NCBI GenBank assembly: GCA_973895155.1
Contig: OZ316894.1
Coordinates: forward strand, 17,452,563-17,516,562
Reading direction: 5' to 3'
DNA length: 64,000 bases
Origin: Marsupella aquatica
Taxonomy: Eukaryota; Plantae; Marchantiophyta
Position 1 is the first letter of the stretch; each line of letters opens with the position of its first letter. Shown piece by piece: positions 37,095 through 49,197 of this stretch. Below the pieces are notes generated by a model, which was not told where the DNA came from, ran no database searches, and saw nothing but the letters and a program-made list of their open reading frames with translations. The translations under genes and the position numbers were made by a program.

Positions 37095-38066
37095 GTGCCT
37101 CGTACCCCAGAATTCTTTGGAACAGTAGAAGGCTCAAAGAGAATGTAACATAGTCTTTGTTCGTCACAGTTAAGACTTTAGTTCCACAGATGCCTCATCA
37201 GAAAGGCGAAACAAAGGCTTCCATATTCAACTTAAAACCTAATTTATATTTGACCATCCACGCAGTCTGATTCTGCTTCCTGACCTTCGCTGTGTATTAT
37301 GATACCATACAAATACAATTTCACGTTTTCAAAAGTGCTTCCTACAACTGCGTTCTACTCGTCTCCGGGAAGCAAGGGGTTCGACAACATATTCCAACTA
37401 CACCTCCTCGAAAGAGCACCAACAGTATCAATCAATAAGAGGATAATTACATTCCATTCACACTGTGCGAAGAAAGGAATCAGCTTTATGTTCATAGAGA
37501 ACCCACAACCTAACCGACTGACATTACAAAAAGTGGGACTCCACATCAGATCTTCATTAGGCAGAGTTAATCTTCGTGATCTCTGGAGCTCCAATGGTCG
37601 ACTCTGAAAAACTCTCGGAAACAAGAACTAAGTAAGAGTAAATACAAGAACCTGATACTGGAAGTCCAAAACGCCTCCATAGAGACTGCTTTGATACAGA
37701 CAAGAACGATATCCTTCATCGTCTACTTTCTCTACTTGACGAGGGGTTAACTTTAACCCCTCAATTTGCGAGCTTGTGATGAAGAGCTTTAATGGATGAA
37801 CGCCACATCTCGGCGCGCCTGCCTTTGGGAGGTCTACTCTGGTGCCCTGCAGTTGTGAACGTTGACATTTTCCGAGAACCCCACCATCCATGCCCACCAC
37901 CGGTCTGGCCCTTTCTTTGATCCTGTCGAATGTCCTTGTCTAGTCATCAGCAGCCCAAATACGGAACTAGGTGGTATACAGATACTTCGCATTGCTAATC
38001 GTTTCCTGGATCCAAGGTGCATGCAGTAAAACCCTTTCAGCCAAAACTGAATGATTGATTGTAGAC

Positions 38067-39233
38067 TCAGACCTCCACAAAAGGATTTAATCCTGGTTGA
38101 AAGGTTATGGCAGACCAATCGTAGTAGCTCATACTCCGGAAAGCTAAACTCATGTCATAGGGAAGAGTGAAACAACGCCACCGATCTCGTTTCACGTTGT
38201 ATGCCACCATATGAACGTGATCCCCACTTTGAGAGGTGACCCCGAAGAATACGCTATCTCCATCACTGACAGGGTGTCGACTTTTGATGTCTGTCAGGTT
38301 GAAAACAGCAGGCGGACCTCTTGCCACCTCTAACAATTGTTGCGACTTCAGATCAACCTTCAGCACGTGCAGACCCTCTGAAGAATTATCCTCAGTAACG
38401 ATCATTAGCAGATTGGCATTGCAAACGACCAGGGCGATGTCAGTGATCGCTAATCCATTGTTGAAAGACAGATTAATTTCTCTCAAAGTTTCTTCTTCCA
38501 CATCGAAGGCCAGAAGAGTTTTCAGGTCATGATCTGTCACCATGTACAGAACTCCATTTAGCAATACCGGGCGGCTGAGTGTTCTGAAGTTTTTCGAAAC
38601 AACGACTTTCTTGCTCGACACTACGAGCTTCTTGCAAGTCCATGCATGGGACTTGGAGTCGTAGATGTGCGCCAAACAACCGTAAAACAGTTTCTCAGGA
38701 TTGCGACAGAACACGATCACCTTGTACCTCTTCAACGACGCGTCTATCACCAATTTCTTCCAACAGAAAATACTCCCTCCTGCATTGAGATGAGGCGGCA
38801 ACTTCCTCCAGCTCCTCGTCAGAACGTTGGCCACATACATAAGCTGGTTCGACCGCACGCACCCGTATAAGAGAGGACCTTCTATGTCCGGATCTGACTT
38901 GGTCATCTGAAACTTCTCGGGCAGAAACGTGAGCGACGGCAATCTTGAGAGCTTTCCAGTGGCCCAGTCGGGCGCAAAAGACAGTCTCTTGCCGAAAATG
39001 ATGGAGAAGCAGGTCTCCCAGTTCTGCGACTGCTCAGCGACCTGCTTCTGGAACAAATTCGCGTGGCGGATCTCCTCTTCGTCAGTTAGGTCTGCAATTG
39101 GCGAGAACCTGGCCAGCCACGATTTCGATAACGCGCGGGCCTTGAAAATGTGAGGAAAGGGTATCATCGATATAATCCTCCCCACCAACTCTTCCGGCAC
39201 AACATTCTCCTCGCTCGCTTGTCCGTCCTCCAT
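38067..39233 (-). CDS. F-box protein with C-terminal beta-rich (FBA/kelch-like) interaction domain, 388 aa, single exon
   Basis: The N-terminal F-box is VPEELVGRIISMIPFPHIFKARALSKSW. Typical plant F-box C-terminal motifs are YVANVLTRSWRKLPP, YKVIV, IYDSKSHAW, PVLLNGVLY, LLAFDVEEE, AYNVKRDRW and FQPGL. Confidence 0.9.
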   Translation of the reverse strand: MEDGQASEENVVPEELVGRIISMIPFPHIFKARALSKSWLARFSPIADLTDEEEIRHANLFQKQVAEQSQNWETCFSIIFGKRLSFAPDWATGKLSRLPSLTFLPEKFQMTKSDPDIEGPLLYGCVRSNQLMYVANVLTRSWRKLPPHLNAGGSIFCWKKLVIDASLKRYKVIVFCRNPEKLFYGCLAHIYDSKSHAWTCKKLVVSSKKVVVSKNFRTLSRPVLLNGVLYMVTDHDLKTLLAFDVEEETLREINLSFNNGLAITDIALVVCNANLLMIVTEDNSSEGLHVLKVDLKSQQLLEVARGPPAVFNLTDIKSRHPVSDGDSVFFGVTSQSGDHVHMVAYNVKRDRWRCFTLPYDMSLAFRSMSYYDWSAITFQPGLNPFVEV

Positions 39234-39693
39234 TTCAAGCAGCAGGCGAGATCGACCGCCGTTTCAGCACATCATCCGTTCGATCTTTCACAGACCTGTT
39301 CACCAGCGCTCCTCGCGATGCTAATTGCCTTGACCGAAAGCAGAATGACGAGCGGAGTTCATCTCCATTCGCCTCCTCCGGCGTCGACGAGCGCTACCCA
39401 CCTTTCGACTCACCCTTCTTCGAGAGGTTTGGCAAGAATCGCAACCGCAAGAGTGGGGAATGGACTGGGAATGGAATGGAACCCTCTCAAGAACCTGCCC
39501 AGCTGCCCATTGACACTTCTGCGTTTGCACGAGTGAAAGACGAGGCAAGCGAAAGAAGAGAAGGCTCAGGAACAATAATGACGAAATAATGACGACTAGC
39601 TCCATCACCCGACGTAGATATGAAAAAAATCTTGCACAAAATAATCTTTTCTTATATGCTATTTTGGTTACTCTTTGAATCATCCTTGTTTTA

Positions 39694-40395
39694 CTAGCCC
39701 TCCATTACCGTACCTGTTTTTGAACCAGAATTGCTAGGAGGACAAAATTGTCTCCAAATATATTTATTGTTTACATTTTTTGAAGGTTAATAAATATAAA
39801 ATAATAATACATGTGATAATTTTAATAATTGTATATAACATATCATATTCTTTTCTACGCACATCCTTCTTTCTCAAATATGTTATTGTGAGGCTATGGA
39901 GCTCATTTTTTAATGTAAATAAAAATCATGATATTTTTTTTTAATCTTACTATTAAAGTGTCAACTCAAGTCTACTTTTAAGAGCCTAGGTCTAGAGTGA
40001 AACCTCTAGACCATAACTCTATGGCCATCATGTGCATGGGAAAAACTCATGACATGATATATGTACATACCAGTTTTCCTTGATAATTTCTATATGCACT
40101 ATGGCCCCACCACAACATATGTGCATTAAAAAATACTCATGTGCACATAAAGGAGAAGGGTATATTATATGATTATAAAAATGAAGAATTTTTTTTATCA
40201 TTTCATTAACCTTCAAAGAATATGGATAGAAAAAATATATTTTGATAAATTTTTATTGTACTCTCTGTTATTTACGTTCAAAGAACGGGTAGTCGGGGCT
40301 AGTGTATATTATCATTTGTCATATATCATTAGTCATGAATTTCTTTATCCACATGATGAGCCATGGAGTCCAGAGTCTTCACTCTAGAAGCTAGA
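39694..40395 (-). mobile_element. Older Helitron copy split by insertion of the younger copy 39945-40302
   Basis: The 3' end CTAG|T lies at 39694 (minus strand). Segments 39694-39944 and 40303-~40395 join into one sequence colinear with the copy at 41894-42267. Confidence 0.65.
39945..40302 (+). mobile_element. Non-autonomous Helitron (~358 bp), young copy
   Basis: Reads A|TCTTACTATTAAAG...TCTAGAGTGAAACCTCTAGA...GGTAGTCGGGGCTAG|T and is nearly identical to the revcomp of 12710-13066. Confidence 0.8.
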
Positions 40396-40452
40396 AGTTC
40401 CTTTCCCCTCTTTTCCTTCCCTACATTGAGTTGCTTTGCCTTTGGGATCATG

Positions 40453-40847
40453 CCCGGTTTGACCTTGCCCGTCAAACTGGGCGAAAACGGCCGGCAAATC
40501 GGCAACCTGGCACCCGGGCTCGGGAGTAGTCGGGGGGGGGTGAGTTCGGGCTCAGGGGGGGTTCGAGTTCGGGGGCAGTTCGGGGGCGGTCCGGGGGGGT
40601 TTGGGGGGGTCCGGGAGGGCCGTCCGGGTTCGGGTTTGGGTTCGGGGGCGGTCTGGGGGGGGGGGGGGAAGTTCAGGTTCGGGGTCCGGCCAGGGAGAGG
40701 CGGTCTGGGGGGGGGGGTTCGGGTTCGGGTTTGGGTGAGTTCGGGAGAATCTTATTGAATATCGGTCAAATTGATCGTTTTCGGGCCGTCATTTGACGAT
40801 TTGACGTGCCCAGCAAGGTGTCAAGGTGCCCGTCAGGTTAAATCGGG
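40453..40847. mobile_element. GC-rich MITE (8-bp TSD, hAT-like), copy 3
   Basis: Ends are CCCGGTTTGACCT and AGGTTAAATCGGG. The TSD is GGATCATG (40445-40452) / GGATTATG (40848-40855). The interior is TTCGGG-rich. It is the inverted homolog of 187-540. Confidence 0.82.
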
Positions 40848-40932
40848 GGATTATGTTTCCCCATTCCACATTTTTTGTCCTTGGGCATTGTGATATATAT
40901 TATTTAATCTAGTTATCACTTTTGTTTGTATT

Positions 40933-41009
40933 GAGAGTTAGTGTCTAGAGGCTTCACTCTAGACCTAGGCCCCTAAGACTAGGCTTCAGTTGATGCTTTT
41001 CCAGTAAGA
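40933..41009 (-). mobile_element. Helitron 5' fragment
   Basis: The minus strand reads A|TCTTACTGG...CCTAGGTCTAGAGTGAAGCCTCTAGACACTAACTC. Confidence 0.6.
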
Positions 41010-41893
41010 TTCCACACCCTCTTTCATTTTTATAATGTTGGGAGATTAAACGGCCACTAGCCATATAAAAATATAAAAGGGGGAAGAGTCCAAGACTTTC
41101 CCTCTTTCACTTTCATTCTCTCCCATTTCATATTGCTCCATATAGAAATATAAAAGGGGGAACATCCAAGACTTTCCCATTCCATATTGTTGCACAAATT
41201 CAGGAAAATATATTATTTATGGTGAAATCAGTTCTGGTGTAACTAGGTTTTTGTCATGGCTAGTGGTGATTTTACAAAAATTGGGGTCGCCAATTTCTTG
41301 TATCTTAGGAGGCCATAGGAAGACCATGGAGGCTTGTCATTGTCTCTCTATCCAAAAATAAAGGTGATGCTCATTTGCTTACACAAAAATTAAAATGTGT
41401 GAGCCAAAATGTGTCAGGTCTAGAATAATCAATACAATTCACTGAAAATAACCCAACTATTTGCTCCAGTGTTTTAGACCACCTCAGGAGGAAGTCTAAG
41501 TTTTTGAAAAAAAAACATGCACACATCAGCAAAAAAAAGGGGACTTGCAAGGGGCCCATTGATAGATGACTAGGTTTGGTAATGGTTGCCCTTCCTGATT
41601 TTTCACTTTGTAATTATAAGAGCAGAGAGATTCACGTTGGTGTACTAAAATTGGGATGACCAATTTTGAGTATCTTAATGCGCTTCTGTGATTTCACTTT
41701 GTAATTAAGAGCATTACTGGAGAGATTGACTTTGATATACTAAAATTGGGATGACCAATTTTGAGTATTTTAATGGCCTTCCTGATATGCCCTTAAATTA
41801 ATTTTAAGGGCATGTTTTCCGTATTTTTCACTTTGTAATTGTCATGGCTAATAATAGTGATGTTGGTGTAGAGGGCATAGTAGCCCATTGTCA

Positions 41894-42267
41894 TCTTACT
41901 TATAAAGGGCCAACTACAAACTAGAGTTGGGACCTAAGCTCCTAAAGTGAAACCACTAGACACTAACACCATGGCTCATCATGTGGATAGTAAAACTCAT
42001 GAGCATAATGTATGACAAATGATAAACATGTATACCATTTTTCATGATTTACATTTGCATTAAAAAAATGGACTTTATGGCCACCATAACATATGTGCAT
42101 AGAAAAATGTATAATATGATATGTATGATTATTAAAATAATTAGATGCATGATGGTTTTTATTTTCTTTTATTAATTGTCAAAGAATGTGAATAAAAAAA
42201 ATATTTTGGTGACATTTTTATTGTACTTCCAACTATTCATGATCAAAAAACAAGTAGTCCAAGTTAG
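41894..42267 (+). mobile_element. Diverged full-length Helitron copy
   Basis: Starts A|TCTTACTTATAAAGGGCCAAC, carries the family motif AGTGAAACCACTAGACACTAAC and ends TTAG|T. Confidence 0.7.
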
Positions 42268-42508
42268 TGTACAAAGTTATTTATTTATTATAACGAAGTA
42301 AGTAGTTTAATGCCCATCGTGACCCACAATGGTTACATAGCTCTTAATGCCCCTTTGTATTTTGTCAGGGCATTATGGGAGATGCTCCAATCAAGATAGC
42401 TTTAGATCTCATTATGAAGATTCTCCTATACTAATACTAAAGTTGGAAATAATGAAAATCTTGCAGGCCTTTCAAGTGTTATAAAGTCCCCATAAAATAT
42501 AGCCCCTC

Positions 42509-42660
42509 AAAACTCAAGCTGAAGCTCGCCATTTTCAGGGGCATTAAATCCCATAATAATGCCTTATAAACACAACTTTAATTGATACAAACTCAAGCTG
42601 AAGCTCGCCTTTTTAGGGGCATTAAATCCCACAACAATGCCTACTAAACACAACTTTAAT
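42509..42660 (+). repeat. ~80-bp tandem duplication in RPA2 upstream region
   Basis: AAACTCAAGCTGAAGCTCGCC.TTTT.AGGGGCATTAAATCCCA.AA.AATGCCT...AAACACAACTTTAAT occurs twice. Confidence 0.85.
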
Positions 42661-42730
42661 GTATACATTTGCCACTTGTTGGGATTCTCAGTCTTTTTCA
42701 CTCTTTGGGGTTCCCGGGCTTTTCCTTTGC

Positions 42731-42738
42731 TTTCCCGC
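42731..42738 (+). promoter_or_regulatory. Candidate E2F binding site upstream of RPA2
   Basis: TTTCCCGC, the canonical plant E2F element, lies ~270 bp upstream of the RPA2 ATG. A related TCTCCCGC is at ~42769. Replication genes are established E2F targets. Confidence 0.55.
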
Positions 42739-42999
42739 CTTTTATTGGGGTTCTCCACTGGGATCGTGTCTCCCGCGCTTTTTGTTCCGTGTTATATATA
42801 AACAAGTACAGAAATCGTCCGCCATTCCTGATCTCGAAGCTTGCAGATGAGCTCTTAGGTTTTCGGGGCGTAAGTGGGATTCTCACCAATGTGTGTGTTG
42901 CGGAATCACAGCTGCTGCTATTGGGAAAAGATTGTCTTCAGGAGTGGAGGGACACAGGGACGGAAGGGGCGAGCACAGAGGTGAACAAAGGAGGAGAGC

Positions 43000-45972
43000 A
43001 TGTACTCGGAGAGTGCCGCAGATGGAGTGTCGCTGTTCGGAGGCGGGGGATTCATGCCCTCCCAGTCGACGGCTGCGCTGAACAACGATTCCTCGTTTTC
43101 ATCCGGCGGAGCCACCAAGGTATGTCGCTCTACTTCTTGTTTGGTTGGGTGGTTGGTGTGGATGTAATTGTAACGCGAATTAAAGGGCAGGAGATGGCCC
43201 GGATGGCAGTCGTTACAAGTTTCCGCCCGTCTTGGCATTTCTTGTAATTTGGCTGCACAATGGACCTTACTCTTTGGGAGGATTGTATCTTGCTCCGTTT
43301 TACTTCTTTAGAGGAACAGCCAGAACACTGGACTCCTTCCTCTGACGGTGAAGCAGTTGAGCATGGCGTCACAGAGACCAGCGGACGACAATTTCTACGT
43401 TGACGGCCAGGAAGTGAACAATGTAAGGTTCCTAGTTTCTGTCTCGTATTTGCTGCAGGGTTACGGACCCAGTTTGTTGTTATCCCGTCCCTGGTCTGCG
43501 ACCTCCTTTTTTGGACATGCATCTGGATTTGTCGTCTACACTGTTTCTTCTACCTAATTGAAATTCGTGGGGACAGATCACTTTGGTTGGAATGATCTAC
43601 AGCAAAGAGGAGAAGGCAACGGATGTCTCTTTTCAGCTGGACGATTTTACTGGCAGAATTGAAGTTAAGAAATGGTCAGTCTCTAAATTCATCAGTCTGA
43701 ATTTCGTGACTCAGGTGGAGAAGATCTTTTAAACAAGTGACAAACATCATCTCTGTTTCTAGCGGTCATTCTCTTCGCGAAAGAGAGTGGAAAACTTGCT
43801 GTTTTAGCTGCACATCAAAGGCTTGGAGTTTTTGTAGTAATTTTGTGAAGGGGGAATTCTGGGAACTATTATGCTAAATTTATCGCTAATATAGTTGCTA
43901 TCGTACCATTTTTTTGATAGGATTGATGGCCAAGATTCAGAGGAGCTCATGGATCTACGGAATCTCAGGTGACCTGACAGAATTCTTTCACAAGTGTTAA
44001 CAGCTACCATTGATGTGTTAATGTCCACAATTCTTCCTTTGGACAATATTTCTCGAGATGGCCGTTTTTTCTCTTTTCGACCTTTGTTGTAGCTGATGCC
44101 GTCATAACGTCCTTCGTGTCGCTTTTATGTGGCATTCGAAGGGACTGTTTTATTCGCGGATGGAAAAGTGCAGAGCCCGTTTAAATGAATTCTGTGATGG
44201 AAAGTCATCAATGGTGTTTTTGACTAGTTGAAAGCTGCAGGCATTTTGAGCCTTCCGCAGTTTGGTCTTACTTCACTGGTTGTGTGCCAGAAATGAGTCG
44301 TACGTCCGTGTTCATGGTCATCTCAGGTCTTTTCAAGGGAAAAGAAACGTCGTGGCCTTTTCTGTAAGGTGGGTGTTGCGAGTCTTGTACAGGGGACGAG
44401 AATTTATAGTGCTGTTCAACTCTTATTCTATGCCAAGTACTGTTAGTTCAGTTCACTGTGGCCGAAAAGATCTAATCTGGAATTACTCTAGGTGTATCGT
44501 CTTCTGTTATGCTCCGTACAAGGGTTTTGACCTCTTTCTTGATGGAAGTTGGATCTGGTCTTGTTGTGCAGGGCAATTGAGGATTTCAACGAAGTCACTT
44601 TTCACTTCTTGGAGTGCATCTTTGTTCACCTTGCCCAAACCAAGAAAACACAGGTAGACTTAAAGATACGGACGATGCCTTCAAACTGTGCGGTGTGGAA
44701 AATTCCTCTCGGTTGGCAAGTGCAATTGATCCATCTAGGGGCTTAGTTTTTTCTTCCCTGTTCTCTTGTTTATATCCGTGGGTTGGAGTTGTTCATGTTT
44801 ACATATTGTTGCTCAGTGACAAGCTGAAAAAATGATGAAGAATGTGAACTAATTCAACATGTGTTAGGGATGATTAGTGTGGTGAGGTCTGAGTTGATGC
44901 AATTCACGAGTCTTCTTACATTTAGGCTTGATATCTGAAGTATGTTATTTCTCTTCAGATTGTTTGAGAGAAGACTCTGTAGCTAAAGTCCTGGGTAATA
45001 AATGTTCAGGGAGTCAGCATTATTCCTACAAACACAGGAGTTTATGGTGCACCAATGAATTCCGCCGGGACTCTCAACCAAGGAGTTAGGAACACAAGTT
45101 CTTACAATCAGGTAGTTCTATTATACGTTTCTTCTCCACCAACCCTGGCCTTGACTTGATTTCTTATCGTGCACTCGAATCATGTCGATATGAGCTCAAA
45201 AGAAAGTGCTGGCCGATCGCTCATGCTACCTTTACTCTCACATAGTTTGGATTGTGCTCACCATCTGGTAGCGTAGAAGAGCCCTTCGTATCTTTCCTAG
45301 GACGCTTTTTGCGTTGTGCTTGTCGAAGTAGTACTGTCCTGCTACACCGGATAAGTAAAGACTGTTCACGTTCTGACTACTCACCATCTCGTGCCAGTAC
45401 ACTGCCCCTCCGGCCGCACCAATGGGGAGTAACTCTGCTGATGAATGCCGGAGACGGGTGCAGGCATTCTTCGATGATCCTTCTAGCATGTAAGCTCTTC
45501 TTTGTAAATTGAAGCATCTGTCAATTGCATTGAAGTCACATAATGACTACGTGCTGGGAACCTATTGTTGTTTGGTGTATTTAAAATTTTAGCCGCCAAA
45601 CTGGAATTCTAGCTGCTTCCTATCAGAAGAGTCTTCAGGACATGCTTCGAAATTGTCGATTGTAGAACTTTTTTGGCGATTATAAGCTTGTGCGTGTGAT
45701 GTTGTGCAGAAAACTTGAATATGGTGTTCACAGAAATGATGTCACTCAAATGATGGTTGGCTTCTCGAGGGAACAAGTCAAGTAGGGCCTTGCTGACGTT
45801 TGAGTTTTTGTTTTCATTCTCATTAATCTCTTTGAAATGGAATATCACAGTTGATTGCTTATATGGTTTTGTGTGGTTGTGTGTTGACAGTGATGCAATT
45901 GATTTTCTTGTTAACGAAGGATTGATCTATTCAACAATTGACGATGATCATTACAAGTCTGCCTCAAGCTAG
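43000..45972 (+). CDS. RPA2: Replication protein A 32 kDa subunit (294 aa, 10 exons)
   Basis: Exons 43000-43119, 43312-43422, 43577-43674, 43921-43968, 44291-44368, 44572-44653, 45010-45111, 45398-45489, 45710-45781, 45891-45972 (885 nt, all phases consistent). Motifs include FGGGGFMPSQ, LLPLTVKQL, LDDFTGRIEVKKW, YVRVHGHLRSFQGKR and DFNEVTFHFLECI, plus the C-terminal winged helix AIDFLVNEGLIYSTIDDDHYK. Confidence 0.96.
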
Positions 45973-47940
45973 TATTAGCCAGACTCGTCTGTGATAGTGA
46001 AATGAAACAACGGTTCTTCAAGGTTATGCCCGGATGGTGCCTCAGATCAATCTCCAACTATTATGAGAAGGTTGCCAGGGAGTGACTGGCCTGCTCACGT
46101 GTAAAATATGGTGCCCACGTAGTGATTCCTTAGCCTCAGAAGTAAGCGGATTTGCAAAGTTCCGGCAAGGATCAGCCACCAAAATGTTCTATACATGACT
46201 GGTCTGTGAGATTTCATGATGGAAGTCATTGTCCAACATTTTTGCAGTGGACAAAGGTGCAAAATCCCTTCCCGAGTTGTACGCCTTCCCAATCAGATAT
46301 TTTGGTTAGATTTCGTCTAGTCTTATTTGTTGCAAGTTTGGTGTCAGGTTGAATGATCATCTCCACCACCAGGATACAGTGACTTGGGCAGAAAGACCTT
46401 GACGTTGGTCTAGGAAGTTTTGCACAGTTTGTAATTAGAGAATTTCATTCTAGATGAGGGGATCATTTAGATTACTTCTGAAGGATGTGCTCATCATTGT
46501 TAAGAATTTCCATTCCAAAAGGAATACGGTCCCTATGCTGCATTGAGGAGGACTGGAGTCTTCGTGTGAACCATCCTGATAGCTCTTGTCTCACGACTTT
46601 GGAGATGATGGTTCGAGTAAAGAAACCTAAGATGGTTCAATTCTCAAATTTTGAATGGCATTCTAGAGGATTTTGGGGGAGTTTTGTTGAATCCTGTTGC
46701 CTTGTGATATTGTATATTTAGTCCTCTACACTCTTGAAAGTGGCTAAACCCTACCCCTAATCCCTAAAACCCTGAGAGTCTGACTTTGTACCTCCTTACA
46801 TGTACTGTCATTTATTTCGTCACAATTCCTCCTTTGTTTCCCATTCCTTGGAAATTACGAAATGCCCTCACAAGTTCTTTGGAACGCCCCATGAATTCTC
46901 TGTAATCGTTGTGAACTGATTTACCCCCAAAACTGAATCAAACGATCGAGCTGCCCTATAATTTAATTCAATTACCTCACGAACTTAATCATTGCCGTCT
47001 TTGCCCATGTAAGGAATTTGATGGTCATAAATAACCCGAAATAGCTGGATCGTGGCTAAGATTAATCCACTGCCATAAATATTATTAAGCGGCTGGAAAA
47101 TAAATTCCAATAGTTGGAATGCGCCTCCATGATTAATCCATGGTAGTGGCTTACTAATTAAATAACTTTTGGGGCTGCTTAAGAAGGTTCTGCTGTTTTG
47201 GGGGTTTAGTGTTTTGTAATAAACACTCTATGAGCAGGAAATATGGTTTCTCTGCAGTCCATCTGGGTTGCAAAAGTCTATTGAAACATCTTGGTAGATA
47301 TGGAAATTCACTAATTATATGTGTCTGGCAAAAATGCAAAAAGGGCACCTGCAACACTAGCAAGTAAATCCAAACTTGGCAGTGCAGATTTCAAAGTAAG
47401 CTATTTTGCCATTCCTGGAAAATTGAACCAGGAGACAGTATCCCCAAGTACCACAGTAGTTAAACCGCTTACCTGGCATCTTACTAATAAAGCACAAAAT
47501 GAAGCTACATATCTTACTAATAAAGCACAAAATGAAGCTACTTTCCAGGCTTACAGTCTACTGAAGTCTCTAGATCATAACTCTGAGGGAGTCACTGAGT
47601 TGTGCGTGCTTTGGGGGGTGTTTATGAAAAAAATGTGTTCAAATGAAAATGGAGTAAAAGCAACGGCATTGTCTGCTAGGCTACTCACTTACACAGGCAG
47701 GCTGCAGTGTGCTGTGCTCCTTGTCGACATTTTCGAGCTACTTGTGCTTTCCTATAGCTCCCCTGTATTCATGTTCAAAGAACTGGTAATTGGGCTATTG
47801 GGTCCACAGTTATATTTAGTCAACTGCGGCTCAGACTTTAAAATAAGCCAAGCATGGGTCCAGAACTAAAAGTTATCAAACAAGGATCACCAAGCACGGA
47901 TCCGCTGCCATCATTGGCTGAGCCTGGGTCCCTTACTCTT

Positions 47941-48299
47941 ATTCACCACGAAAGACAATCTCGAGGCTCATTAAGAGCCTCGGGTACACCTGCCCGCGTC
48001 TACTGCCCGCCCCGCTCACATTTTTTTCGAATTTTACTAGCATGAATGATCCCCACTTTTTGGGTGGGGTGAATGCTAAAAAGCATTCTTGACATACAGC
48101 AGGGTTTGAACCCGGGACCTCCAACTCCCCAACTGATCTGGGCTACCATTGAACCCTTCCTCAATTCGTGATGAGCTACATTCGCGCCAGGTACTTAAAC
48201 TGGAATCAGATACAGCACATGCGGGCAACGGGCAGCACTTATGGGGTAATCAATGCTAATCCGCATTGATTGCCCTCGAGATTGCCTTTCGTCCTTAAT
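47941..48299. mobile_element. MITE with imperfect ~26-bp TIRs, perfect 8-bp TSD and tRNA-like core
   Basis: The left end is ATTCACCACGAAAGACAATCTCGAGG and the right end (revcomp) is ATTAAGGACGAAAGGCAATCTCGAGG. The TSD TTACTCTT occurs at 47933-47940 and 48300-48307. Confidence 0.75.
48091..48162 (-). other. tRNA-derived (A-box/B-box-like) segment, not a functional tRNA
   Basis: The minus strand reads GGGTTCAATGGTAGCCCAGATCAGTTGGGGAGTTGGAGGTCCCGGGTTCAAACCCTGC. It has a D-arm-like GGTTCAATGGTA and a T-arm/B-box GGTTCAAACCC, but the anticodon and acceptor stems do not pair well. Confidence 0.45.
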
Positions 48300-49197
48300 T
48301 TACTCTTTGGGCCCCTAAACTCCCTCAAGTAAAGTTATTAGAGCTCCAATCAACATCCTCACAAGGGATGCAATCATCATCCCCACCCGTCCACCTGGCA
48401 TGAGACCCAACACTAAGAAAACACCGCGTGTCCCCATGCGGTGGGGTTCCATGAGGGCTGAGGACGCTTCGTCTAGCCTACAAGGGGCTTCCAGGCCTGG
48501 GGTCGGGGTCGGGGTCGGGGGTCAAGTCGGGTTCCATGCGCTCCCCCCCCTCCACCCCCTTCTTCGTCTTGCAGAAAAGCCTCCAGAGAAGTCTAGACAG
48601 CACTAGACGTTTGTTTATTCGAAGTCTCGAAGCTCTTCGTGTGTTCCTTTCTCAGGACACTACTTTGTGGAGGAATTCGTATGGAAGGAAGTATCGTCTC
48701 GATGAGTAGAAAAGCTCGTGCGGTGATCTAGTTAAGGAGGAAGTTTGCAGGAGGAAGAGGGGGCAATTCTACAGGAGCAGGTGGCTTGGATTTGTTGCGA
48801 GGACGAGTTTTGTGGAAACTAGAATAAGTTTGTTCTGTGATTCTGTTGCGGAGTTGAAGGAAGAGAAATCAGTGATCTTGTTCTGGAGGTTGCAGGAGGA
48901 AGAGAGGGACCACTCTAAAGGTGCAGGTGGCTCGGATTTGTTTCGAGGACCAGTTTTGCGGAGATTAGAATAAGTTTGTTCTGTCATTTTTGTTCCGGAG
49001 TTCGCAGGAGGAGGAATTGACACTGGGATCGTTGTGTGAGGTTTGATTGAATGAATGGCCGTAACTTGAGGATTTCTGGTGACAGTTTCGTTTGAGTTGT
49101 GTCGGGGAACGGTTAATTAAACATTCCGAAGAGAGCGGGGCCTAACGATCGATGTGCTCGTCGTAGGGAGGAAGAGAGTTGAGGTGAGGCGGGCAGA

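Noticed and set aside
37299-38060. Second degraded F-box copy downstream of the intact gene
   Set aside because: Translations did not align convincingly with the intact gene, so it was treated as UTR/intergenic.
39692-40304. CACTA transposon suggested by CACTAG/TACTAG inverted ends
   Set aside because: The base outside CTAG|T varies between copies and the 5' ends are A|TC. Nested, oppositely oriented Helitrons explain it better.
42669-43247. 192-aa ORF over the RPA2 promoter and exon 1
   Set aside because: It is in a different frame from the recognisable RPA2 N-terminus and has no known motif.
46743-46773. Telomere-like/telo-box run TAAACCCTACCCCTAATCCCTAAAACCCTG
   Set aside because: It is short and degenerate, and ~2.4 kb from the next ATG. 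It cannot be distinguished from chance or TE debris.
47321-47869. 182-aa ORF
   Set aside because: It has a non-ATG start, includes a 31-bp tandem duplication, and shows no recognisable domain or splice context.
48091-48162. Functional tRNA gene
   Set aside because: The acceptor and anticodon stems do not form; only A/B-box-like pieces remain.
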